Assembly (NCBI GenBank): GCA_025359785.1
Contig: JANYET010000002.1
Coordinates: forward strand, 40,598 to 104,597
DNA length: 64,000 bases
Direction: 5' to 3'
DNA from: Alphaproteobacteria bacterium
GTDB taxonomy: Bacteria > Pseudomonadota > Alphaproteobacteria > Caulobacterales > Caulobacteraceae
A program made the translations under genes and the position numbers. The notes beneath the pieces were generated by a model. The model was not told where the DNA came from. It worked only from the letters and a program-made list of their open reading frames with translations, and did not search any database. This document shows, piece by piece, positions 50,275 through 57,952 of this stretch. The stretch's first letter is position 1. Every line of letters starts with the position of its first letter.

Positions 50275-50420
50275 CCTCCCCCAGCGCAGAGCGCGATTGA
50301 GGGGGAGGTGGCTCGGTGCGCCAGCGCCGAGACGGAGGGGGCTCACCCGCTGCGGATGGACCGGTGGGCTTAAACCCCCTCAGTCAGTCTTCGCTGACAG
50401 CTCCCCCGACGGGGTGAGCA
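50275..50420. repeat. nested-hairpin intergenic repeat, copy B (longer variant)
   Basis: CCTCCCCC...GGGGGAGGTGGCtcggtgcgccAGCGCCGagacGGAGGGGGCT...CCCCCTCAGTCAGTCTTCGCTGACAGCTCCCCCGACGGGGTGAGCA. Same modules as 17458-17562. Lies between a convergent gene pair. Confidence 0.8.
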
Positions 50421-50426
50421 TTTACC

Positions 50427-51206
50427 TCAGTAGGGCGACGCCAGCAGTTCCGCTTCCTTGGCGCACATGGCCGGGTCGGGCGCCGGGCCGGCCTTGCGGG
50501 CGGCGGCGACCTCCTTGCGGGCGATCTCCAGGTCTTTGCGGAATTCCTCCGAGCCGTGCAGCCCGGCGACGACGATGGAGCCGTTGGTGCGGCCGGCTTC
50601 CACCGCGCTCATGTTGTGGACCCCGCAAACCATGCGGCTTTCGCCGAACACCCGCGCGCGGACCAGAATCTGGGTGGCCCGGTCCGGTGCGAGCTCGGCC
50701 AGGATCAGGCCCACCGTCCAGCTGTAGGTGACGTGGCCGGACGGATAGTCGTAGCTGTCCTTGATGCCGCCCGCCTGGTCGATGCAGGTCGCGCCCTTGT
50801 CGATCAGGAACGGGCGCTGGCGCTTGTAGAAATCCTTCGGGATGTTGGTCGCATGGCTGGAGTCCCGCGAAATTCGCGGGATCATCGACATGAACTTCGG
50901 CGCGTTCTGCGGCGTCAGCTCCACGCCCAACGCGCAGCTCAGGTCCTTGATGTAGATGCTGCCGTTGTCGTCGTTCAGCGCGAGCGCCCAGCGTGGCGCG
51001 CCCTCGTACTTGCGGGTGCCGAGGAACATCTTGCGGTCCGCCTCATAGCGGATCGTCCCGGCCACCGGCGCGGGCGGCAGGATCTTCAACGCCTCGGGTC
51101 CGCCGTCGCCCAGATAGGATTGCGCCGTCGCGGGCTTGGGCGCGGGCTCGGCGCCCATCGTCACCAGAGCGGCGGCCGCCGCCAGCATCGTCAGTTTCCA
51201 CGCCAT
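50427..51206 (-). CDS. class A bacterial acid phosphatase (PAP2 superfamily)
   Basis: Start trimmed to MAWKLTMLAAAAALV (signal peptide, SD GGGGAGAG). PAP2 motifs KRQRPF, YPSGH and SRMVCGVHNMSAVEAG. Confidence 0.85.
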   Translation of the reverse strand: MAWKLTMLAAAAALVTMGAEPAPKPATAQSYLGDGGPEALKILPPAPVAGTIRYEADRKMFLGTRKYEGAPRWALALNDDNGSIYIKDLSCALGVELTPQNAPKFMSMIPRISRDSSHATNIPKDFYKRQRPFLIDKGATCIDQAGGIKDSYDYPSGHVTYSWTVGLILAELAPDRATQILVRARVFGESRMVCGVHNMSAVEAGRTNGSIVVAGLHGSEEFRKDLEIARKEVAAARKAGPAPDPAMCAKEAELLASPY

Positions 51207-51220
51207 CCCAAGCTCTCCCC

Positions 51221-51248
51221 CAGACTGTTGCCTCCAGACTGTTGCCTC
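51221..51248. repeat. perfect 14-bp tandem duplication cagactgttgcctc x2
   Basis: 51221-51234 and 51235-51248 are identical. Lies in the 5' leader of the acid phosphatase gene. The minus strand reads GAGGCAACAGTCTG twice, followed by GGGGAGAGCTTGGGATG. Confidence 0.85.
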
Positions 51249-51311
51249 CGGTTTTGCAGAGTGGCGCGGCGGATTCAATCGCCGGCTTGATGATTTCTGA
51301 TCCTCGATCTG

Positions 51312-51334
51312 CGTCAAAATTAAAAAACTTGACT
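51312..51334. promoter_or_regulatory. back-to-back -35-like hexamers in AT-rich spacer (candidate divergent promoters)
   Basis: TTGACG on the minus strand (51317-51312) and TTGACT on the plus strand (51329-51334) flank aaaattaaaaaa. Downstream on plus is tggatattaataatcttagtct, containing the TATTAATA palindrome. No experimental support. Confidence 0.3.
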
Positions 51335-51363
51335 TGGATATTAATAATCTTAGTCTCAGGTCC

Positions 51364-51771
51364 ATGAGCGATACGAAAACCCAAGCTTTACCGGCCCAAG
51401 ACTGGCAGGCGCTAAGCGATCTCACCCGCGGCCGGCCCATCGTCGTCGAGCGTGTCCGGCTCATCGAGCAGGGCGTGGCGATCGAAGGCGCCTTCGAGCT
51501 GCCGCGCCTGGCGCAGCTTTCCGCGGAGGACCAGGTGTTCGTGACCGCCTTCGTGCGCAGCCACGGCTCGATCAAGGAGATGGAGCAGGTGTTCGGCGTC
51601 TCCTACCCGACCATCAAGGCGCGGCTGAACCGCATCGCCGGCAGCCTGGAGTTCATCCAGGTCGATCCGGAGCCCCTCTCCGACTTGGGCCGCGGCGAGG
51701 TGCTTGAGCGCCTGGCGCGCGGCGAGATCAGCGCCGATCAGGCGATTTCCGAACTGGGAGGCAAGGCATGA
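51364..51771 (+). CDS. DUF2089-like protein (HTH; Cys-less N-terminal part; SHOCT-like C-terminal helix pair)
   Basis: ATG 51364 (MSDTKTQ). The core LSAEDQVFVTAFVRSHGSIKEMEQVFGVSYPTIKARLNRI matches my recollection of DUF2089. The C-terminus reads VLERLARGEISADQAISEL. Confidence 0.65.
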   Translation: MSDTKTQALPAQDWQALSDLTRGRPIVVERVRLIEQGVAIEGAFELPRLAQLSAEDQVFVTAFVRSHGSIKEMEQVFGVSYPTIKARLNRIAGSLEFIQVDPEPLSDLGRGEVLERLARGEISADQAISELGGKA

Positions 51772-52136
51772 TCTACGCCCCGCGCGCCATCCGCCACTTC
51801 AGCCTGGCCGCCGCCGAGGCCCGCGCCCAGCGGACCGAACGGGCTGTCCAGCGCCTCGTGCAACAGAAGACCGCCCTGGCGCCTGCGCAGGCTCCGGCGC
51901 CAAGGCAGGCCCAGGGACGCTTCGTCCTGCGGCTCTGGCTGCCGCTCACGCCGATCTTCCTGCTCCTGGCGCCCTTCGCGCTGCTGCTCGCGCCCTGTCT
52001 CTACTTCGCGCCGCCCGCCTACCGCCACCGGCCCTTCGCGACGGTGTTTGGCGTTGGCGCGGCCCTTCTCAGCCTCGGCGGCGCGCTGGTCGAGGTCGAT
52101 ACCCCCGAAGCCCTCGTGCGTATCCGGATTTTCTAG
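51768..52136 (+). CDS. hypothetical membrane protein (122 aa)
   Basis: ATGA overlap with the upstream stop. Strong GC3 bias. Hydrophobic segments LWLPLTPIFLLLAPFALLLAPCLYF and VFGVGAALLSLGGALV. Ends LVEVDTPEALVRIRIF. Confidence 0.55.
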   Translation: MIYAPRAIRHFSLAAAEARAQRTERAVQRLVQQKTALAPAQAPAPRQAQGRFVLRLWLPLTPIFLLLAPFALLLAPCLYFAPPAYRHRPFATVFGVGAALLSLGGALVEVDTPEALVRIRIF

Positions 52137-52147
52137 GAGTCCTTTCC

Positions 52148-52579
52148 ATGAACAACGATCGCCGCACCGTCCTGCAGATGCTGTCCGACGGAAAGATCAA
52201 CGCCGACGAGGCCGAGCGCCTGCTCGGAGCCATGGACGGCTCCGGCCCCGGCCCGCGCGTCTCCGAAGGCGCATCCACCGGCCGCAATAGGCCTGCGCCA
52301 AAGTACCTGCGGGTATCCGTGGATGCGACGGATGGTGACGGACCCACCAAGGTCAACATCCGCGTGCCCATGGCCCTGCTACGGGCTGGCGTGCGGCTGA
52401 CCAGCCTCATTCCCCCCAACGCCCGCGATCAGGTCAACGCCGAGCTCGCCAAAAACGGCATGCCCTTCGACATCAGCCAGCTGAAGCCCGAGAACCTCGA
52501 AGACCTCATCGCCCATCTGGACGACCTCACCGTCGACGTGGACGCTCAGGACGCCAAGGTCCGGATCTACTGCGAGTAG
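52148..52579 (+). CDS. SHOCT-like (YvlB/LiaX N-terminal-like) domain protein (143 aa)
   Basis: SD AGGAG lies 10 nt upstream of ATG 52148. N-terminus VLQMLSDGKINADEAERLL. Ends LTVDVDAQDAKVRIYCE. Confidence 0.65.
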   Translation: MNNDRRTVLQMLSDGKINADEAERLLGAMDGSGPGPRVSEGASTGRNRPAPKYLRVSVDATDGDGPTKVNIRVPMALLRAGVRLTSLIPPNARDQVNAELAKNGMPFDISQLKPENLEDLIAHLDDLTVDVDAQDAKVRIYCE

Positions 52580-52585
52580 GAGGCC

Positions 52586-53644
52586 CTACTTCCCGAACAG
52601 CGTCGCCCAGCGGCGCTTGGTGCGGGTCTTCCAGGAGCCGCGGTGCCAGGCGTCCGAGGCGATCAGCGGCACCACCGTGGTGGCTTCGGCGAACACCATC
52701 TGCTCCCAGGTGACGTCGACCTTGCCCCAGGAACAGGCCTCCTTGAGCGTCGAGGACGAGCAGGCGCCGTCGCGCACGTCGGCGACGGTGATCTGCACGG
52801 CATATTTGTGCATCTCGACGTTCTCGTGGCCGAGGATTTCAGCGCAGACCACGGTGTCCTGGGCGAAGTTCTTCGGCACGCCGCCGCCGACCATGAACAG
52901 GCCCGTGGCGCCGGCCGCGATCTTGATGTCGGTCAGTTCGCGGAAGTCGGCGACGGCGTCGATGGTCAGGTAGGGCTGCTTAGCCTTCATCCGCTCGACC
53001 TGGTGCTTCACCAGCCCGAAGCCGGCCGATGAGTCCACGAAGGCCGGGCAGAAGATCGGCACGCCTTCCTCGTAGGCGGTCTGGACCAGTGAGCCGGGCT
53101 TCTTTGCGCCGCCCTCGGCCAGCCACTTGCCCATCTCCCAGATGAACTCGCGACTCGAATAGGGGCGCGGCTCCAGGGCTTCGCACAGGTCGTAGATCGT
53201 CCCGTCGCAGTTCTGGAGCTCTTCCTCGTCGATGTAGGTGTCGTAGATGCGGTCGATGTAGAGGTCGCGCAGGTCGCGGTCGTCGACATTCGATTGCGCC
53301 TGGTAGTGTTTGAAGCCCAGGGCCTCGAAGAAATCCATGTCGACGATGGAGGCGCCGGTGGCCACCACCACGTCGATCATCCCGTACTTCAGCATGTCGC
53401 GGTAGATATGCATGCAGCCGCCGGCCGAGGTGGATCCGGCCAGGGTCAGCCAGGTCGAGCAAGCGGCGTCTTCCAGGCTCATCGACCAGATGTCGGCGGC
53501 GCGCGCGGTGTCGCGGCTGGTGAAGCTCATCTTGCGCATGGCGTCGATCACCGGACGGGCGTCGTACTGGTCGATCGCCACATGCTCGACGGTGTTGGCC
53601 AGCAGTTCGGCCTTGCGGTTCGTCTTCTGAACGTCAGCGTTCAT
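52586..53644 (-). CDS. deoxyhypusine synthase-like protein (probable homospermidine synthase-type enzyme)
   Basis: 352 aa. TLAGSTSAGGCMHIY, VVATGASIVDMDFFEA and MVGGGVPKNF motifs of the DHS family. Confidence 0.85.
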   Translation of the reverse strand: MNADVQKTNRKAELLANTVEHVAIDQYDARPVIDAMRKMSFTSRDTARAADIWSMSLEDAACSTWLTLAGSTSAGGCMHIYRDMLKYGMIDVVVATGASIVDMDFFEALGFKHYQAQSNVDDRDLRDLYIDRIYDTYIDEEELQNCDGTIYDLCEALEPRPYSSREFIWEMGKWLAEGGAKKPGSLVQTAYEEGVPIFCPAFVDSSAGFGLVKHQVERMKAKQPYLTIDAVADFRELTDIKIAAGATGLFMVGGGVPKNFAQDTVVCAEILGHENVEMHKYAVQITVADVRDGACSSSTLKEACSWGKVDVTWEQMVFAEATTVVPLIASDAWHRGSWKTRTKRRWATLFGK

Positions 53645-53690
53645 TGTCTGGATTCCCCTAGGCCTGCCCGTTGGGTAGGCCGGTTAGAAG

Positions 53691-53718
53691 GCAAAAGGCC
53701 AGGAGCCCTTCGGGCTCC
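53691..53718 (-). terminator. hairpin with short U-run between ODC and DHS-like genes (attenuator or partial terminator)
   Basis: Minus strand reads GGAGCCC-GAAG-GGCTCC followed by uggccuuuugcc. Lies within the 161-nt spacer of two co-oriented genes. Confidence 0.35.
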
Positions 53719-53805
53719 GGGGGAGTTTGAGCGCCCGTCCATCGGAGAAACGCGACCGGGACGGAGCGACCGGCCGCGCCTTTAGCACATAGCCCTGTGA
53801 CGTTG

Positions 53806-55176
53806 TTACCGCTTGCGGCGCTTCTTGCCGGCCGCGCCCTTGGGGCGCGAGAAACGGACGACCTTGCGTTCATCCAGCTGTTCACGCGGCAGGCGGATCG
53901 AGCGGCCCGCCAGGCCGAACATCGAGGCCATCGGCGCGTCCTCGACGATCGCGGTCTCAGCGTCGCCGTAACCGTTGAAGCGGGTGTTCATGGCCACGCC
54001 ATAGGCGCCCAGCATGCCGATCTCGATGTAGTCGCCTTCGCCCACATCCTCCGGCAGCCAGAACGGACCCGGCATGTGGTCGATGCTGTCGCAGGTCGGG
54101 CCATAGAAGCGGAACGGCTTCAGCGCGCCCTCGACTTCCACGGCCTCGCCGCCGTCCCCGTTCGCGGCAGGGGCGCGGAACAGCTTCACCGGAAAGGGCC
54201 ATTTGGTGTGCGCCGCGTCGAACAGGCTGCCGTAGGAGCCGTCGTTCAGATAGAGCGCGTCGCCCTTGCGCAGCTCGACCTTGGTGAGGATCGAGGAGGC
54301 TTCGGCCACCAGCGCGCGGCCGGGCTCGCACCACAGCTCGGTATCCTCGTGGACCATCATCTCGGCGAAGCCGCGCTGGATGCTATCCAGGTAGTCGGAC
54401 ATCTCAGGCGGAACCATGCCCGGATAGACGCTCGGGAAGCCGCCGCCCACATCGACGATGTCGACCATGACGCCGGCGCGCACGATGGCGCGGCTGGCCT
54501 GGGCCATGGCGGCCTGGAAGGCGGTCGGTCGCATGCATTGGCTGCCCACATGGAAGGCGACGCCGAGGCGGCCTTCGGTGGCGCGGCGCGCGGCCAGCAG
54601 CAGAGCCGCGGCCTCGTGGGTCTCGACGCCGAACTTGCCGGAGAGCGAATAGGCCGCGCCCTCGGCGCTGACCGCCAGGCGAACCATCAAGGTGAGGTCG
54701 CGCGCGCCGTCGGTAGCCTCGAGGATCTTGGCCAGCTCCTCGTGGGTGTCGAGGGCGAAGGTCGTCACGCCGAACTCGGCATAGGCGCGTCGGATGGCGG
54801 ATCGGCTCTTCACCGGATGCATGAAGGCCACGCGCGCGGCCGGGCCGGCATGGGCCGCCACCAGCTCGATCTCGGGGATCGAGGCGACGTCGAAGGAGGT
54901 CACGCCGTTGGCGGCGAGCGTCTCAATGACCCAGGGCGAGGGGTTTGCCTTAACGGCGTAGAACACATCGCCTTTGAAATTGTCCTGGAACCAGCGCGCC
55001 GCCGCCGCTACCGCGTCCGGTCGCGCGAGCGCGACAGGGCGTTCCGGTAAGCGATCGCGGACCAGGTCCAGGGGCGTATGATACGTGTGCAATTCACGTA
55101 ACCCCCAACGGATAGTTGAACCCAATCCGGCGTTAGCAGCGCTTTTCAGGACATCGGGTCCGCCGGAACGCGCCAA
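53806..55176 (-). CDS. type III PLP-dependent decarboxylase (ornithine decarboxylase-like)
   Basis: FYAVKANPSPWV PLP-lysine motif, HVGSQC, GGGFP, and a C-terminal beta-barrel with GPTCDSID. Maximal ORF starts at TTG 55176. An in-frame TTG at 55092 (then HTYHTPLDLV) is a plausible alternative. Basic C-terminal tail PKGAAGKKRRKR. Confidence 0.85.
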   Translation of the reverse strand: MARSGGPDVLKSAANAGLGSTIRWGLRELHTYHTPLDLVRDRLPERPVALARPDAVAAAARWFQDNFKGDVFYAVKANPSPWVIETLAANGVTSFDVASIPEIELVAAHAGPAARVAFMHPVKSRSAIRRAYAEFGVTTFALDTHEELAKILEATDGARDLTLMVRLAVSAEGAAYSLSGKFGVETHEAAALLLAARRATEGRLGVAFHVGSQCMRPTAFQAAMAQASRAIVRAGVMVDIVDVGGGFPSVYPGMVPPEMSDYLDSIQRGFAEMMVHEDTELWCEPGRALVAEASSILTKVELRKGDALYLNDGSYGSLFDAAHTKWPFPVKLFRAPAANGDGGEAVEVEGALKPFRFYGPTCDSIDHMPGPFWLPEDVGEGDYIEIGMLGAYGVAMNTRFNGYGDAETAIVEDAPMASMFGLAGRSIRLPREQLDERKVVRFSRPKGAAGKKRRKR

Positions 55177-55338
55177 ATAGGGTCATCGAACCGGGATGTA
55201 AAGCGTTCTATCCACGGCGCGACGTCGCGTATTTCGACGCGCTAGACCGCAGGGCTCAGGCCGTGCCATGAAGCCAGGGCAAGGGACGGGCGCTTGAGCC
55301 CGAAATTGCGGGCTCGCCGCGGGGGATTTCAGCCGTCC

Positions 55339-56130
55339 ATGACCGACGCCGTCCTGTCCATCCGTAAGGCCTCCAAGACCTTCGGCGCGCGCCGGGCGCT
55401 GGATGCGGTGTCCCTGGACGTCCGCAAGGGCGAGATGATCGCGCTGATCGGCCCTTCGGGCTCAGGTAAGTCGACCCTGCTGCGCTCGATTTCCGGCCTG
55501 CAGACCATCGACGGTGGTGAGGGCGTCATCCAGGCCTTCGGCGACCCTGTCCAGGAACACGGCCGGATCAGCGGCGGGGTGCGCAAGACCCGCACCCGCA
55601 TCGGCTTCATCGCCCAGCAGTTCAACCTGGTGGGCCGGATCAGCCTGTTCACCAACGTCGCCCTGGGCTCGCTGGGCCGGATCGAGGCGTGGCGGGGCTT
55701 CTTCGGGCTCTGGCCGGAGGAGACCAAGACCGCGGCCATGGCGGCCCTGGTCCGCGTCGGCGTGGCCGACTATGCCGCCCAGCGCGCCAACACCCTGTCG
55801 GGCGGCCAGCAGCAGCGCGGCGCCATCGCCCGAGCCCTGGTTCAGAAGGCCAAGATCATCCTGGCCGACGAACCGGTGGCGTCGCTCGACCCGGTGGCCG
55901 CGCGCAAGGTCATGGAGTCCTTGCGCGACCTGAACAAACAAGACGGCCTGACGGTCATCGTCACCCTGCATCAGGTGGACTATGCGCTGCGCTACTGCGA
56001 GCGGGTGGTGGCGCTGAAGGCCGGAAAGATCGTCTACGACGGCCCCGCGAGCGGTCTGAAGACCAGCCAGCTTATCGACATCTACGGTCCGGAATTCGAA
56101 GACGTCTTCTGGGAAGGAGCTCCCCAATGA
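55339..56130 (+). CDS. phnC: phosphonate ABC transporter ATP-binding protein
   Basis: Start at MTDAVLSIRKASKTFG. Walker A GPSGSGKST, signature LSGGQQQR, Walker B ILADEP. Confidence 0.9.
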   Translation: MTDAVLSIRKASKTFGARRALDAVSLDVRKGEMIALIGPSGSGKSTLLRSISGLQTIDGGEGVIQAFGDPVQEHGRISGGVRKTRTRIGFIAQQFNLVGRISLFTNVALGSLGRIEAWRGFFGLWPEETKTAAMAALVRVGVADYAAQRANTLSGGQQQRGAIARALVQKAKIILADEPVASLDPVAARKVMESLRDLNKQDGLTVIVTLHQVDYALRYCERVVALKAGKIVYDGPASGLKTSQLIDIYGPEFEDVFWEGAPQ

Positions 56131-57131
56131 TCCGCCGCACCCTCGGCGCCCTCGCTCTCGCGGCCGCCGCGCTGAGCCTCGTGGGCTGCAGCCCAAAGCC
56201 GTCCACGACCGCGCCGCCCAAGGAGATCGTCTTCTCGATCCTCTCGGCAGAGAACCAGGCCTCGATGGGCCCGCTGTGGCAGCCGCTGCTGGACGACATG
56301 GCCGCGCAGATCGGCGTGAAGGTGAAGCCGTTCTTCGCCACCAACTACACCTCGCTGATCGAGGCGATGCGCTTCAAGCAGGTGCAGGTGGGCTGGTTCT
56401 CGGCCTTGCCGGCGCTGGACGCGGTCAACCGCGCCGACGCCGAGGTGCTGGGCCGGGTCATCGATGCGGGTGGAGACGCCACCTACAAGTCCGTGCTCAT
56501 CGTCAAGAAGGGCTCGGGCATCACGCTGGATAAGGTGCTGGCCTGCGATCAGAAATATACCTTCGGGATCGGCGACCCGCAGTCGACCTCGGGCACGCTC
56601 GCGCCCATGGCCTATCTGTTCACGCCCAAGGGGATCGAGCCCGCCAAGTGCTTCAAGGCGGTGCGCTCCGCCAGCCATCAGGCCAATGCGTTCTCGATCG
56701 CCAACGGCGTGCTGGATGTGGCCACCAACAACTCCGTGGGCATCCTCTTCTTCCAACGCGAACAGCCGGAGATGGCGGCCCGGGTCGAGACCATCTGGTC
56801 GTCGCCGGCCCTGCCGGAAAGCTCGATCGTGGCCCGCAAGGACCTCGACCCCGCCATCAAGGAGAAGCTGCGCCAGTTTTTCCTGACCTATGGGACCGGA
56901 ACCGGGCCGACCGCCGATAAGCAACGCGCCGTCCTGAAGAACCTGGCCTATGGCGGTTTCCGCCCAGCCGACAATTCCTACCTCGATCCGGTGCGAGAGA
57001 TGCAGGCCGCCGTGGCGCTTGCCGAGGCGCGCCGCACGAGCGATCCCGGCAAGATCGAAAAGGCCCAGGCCGCGTTCGACAAGATCCACGCCGTCGCCGC
57101 CCAGAAGCGCGCCAAGGAGCCGGACGTCTGA
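56127..57131 (+). CDS. phnD: phosphonate/phosphite ABC transporter substrate-binding protein
   Basis: ATGA overlap with the phnC stop. Lipoprotein signal ALSLVGCS. PhnD-type core FSILSAEN..YTSLIEAMRFKQVQVGWF. Confidence 0.9.
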   Translation: MIRRTLGALALAAAALSLVGCSPKPSTTAPPKEIVFSILSAENQASMGPLWQPLLDDMAAQIGVKVKPFFATNYTSLIEAMRFKQVQVGWFSALPALDAVNRADAEVLGRVIDAGGDATYKSVLIVKKGSGITLDKVLACDQKYTFGIGDPQSTSGTLAPMAYLFTPKGIEPAKCFKAVRSASHQANAFSIANGVLDVATNNSVGILFFQREQPEMAARVETIWSSPALPESSIVARKDLDPAIKEKLRQFFLTYGTGTGPTADKQRAVLKNLAYGGFRPADNSYLDPVREMQAAVALAEARRTSDPGKIEKAQAAFDKIHAVAAQKRAKEPDV

Positions 57132-57943
57132 TGACGACGGTCCAGCCCGCCGCCGCCGAGATTCCGCGCCCGCCACAACGGACGCTGGTCCAGCGCGCGC
57201 CGGACATCCTGATCTGGGGCGCGGTGATCGCGGTCCTGCTGTTCAGCGTCGGGCCGGTGAATATCGGCCATTTCACCAAGCTGTTCAGCAATGCGGAGAA
57301 CATGCGCGAGTTCGCCAAGGACTTCGTGCATCCCAAGTGGGACCTGCTGCCGCTCTACATCCAGCAGATGATCCTGACGATCCAGATCGCCATGTGGGGT
57401 ACGGCGCTGGCGGTGCTGATCGCCATTCCGTTCGGCCTGGCCTGTGCGCGCAACGTATCGCCGGTCTGGCTGCAGCAGCCCATGCGGCTTCTGATGAACC
57501 TGCTGCGCTCGATCCCCGACCTGGTGGTGGGCACCCTGTTCATCGTGGCCGTCGGCCTGGGTCCTTTCGCCGGGGTCATGGCGCTGGCGCTCAACACCGG
57601 TGGCGTGCTGGCCAAGCTGTTCTCAGAGGCGGTGGAATCCATCGACAAGGGGCCCGTCGAGGGCGTGCGCGCCACCGGCGCCACCAAGCTGCATGAGGTG
57701 ATCTGGGGCGTGATCCCGCAGGTCGGACCCTTGTGGACCTCCTATGCGCTCTACAGGTTCGAATCCAATTCGCGCTCGGCCACGGTGCTGGGCCTGATCG
57801 GGGCGGGCGGCATCGGTCAGTTGCTGTTCGAGACGCTCAACGCCTTCGACTATCAGCACCTCTCGGCTATCGTGATCGTGATCATCGTGGCGGTGACCCT
57901 GATCGACCTGCTCTCGCAGTTGATGCGCAGCCGCCTGCTCTAG
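57131..57943 (+). CDS. phnE: phosphonate ABC transporter permease
   Basis: TGATG overlap with the phnD stop. 270-aa polytopic protein with EAVESIDKGPVEGVRATGA (EAA loop). Confidence 0.9.
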   Translation: MTTVQPAAAEIPRPPQRTLVQRAPDILIWGAVIAVLLFSVGPVNIGHFTKLFSNAENMREFAKDFVHPKWDLLPLYIQQMILTIQIAMWGTALAVLIAIPFGLACARNVSPVWLQQPMRLLMNLLRSIPDLVVGTLFIVAVGLGPFAGVMALALNTGGVLAKLFSEAVESIDKGPVEGVRATGATKLHEVIWGVIPQVGPLWTSYALYRFESNSRSATVLGLIGAGGIGQLLFETLNAFDYQHLSAIVIVIIVAVTLIDLLSQLMRSRLL

Positions 57944-57952
57944 GAGAACGCC

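Noticed and set aside
55177-55338. Pho box upstream of phnC
   Set aside because: No 7-4-7 CTGTCAT-type repeat is present. The best candidate, GGTCAT-cgaa-CCGGGAT, has a poor second half.
57756-57766. GGTTCGAATCC, identical to the canonical tRNA T-arm/loop consensus
   Set aside because: The flanks cannot form a T-stem (ACAGG versus CCAAT), acceptor arm or anticodon arm. The site lies inside the phnE coding frame (LYRFESNS).
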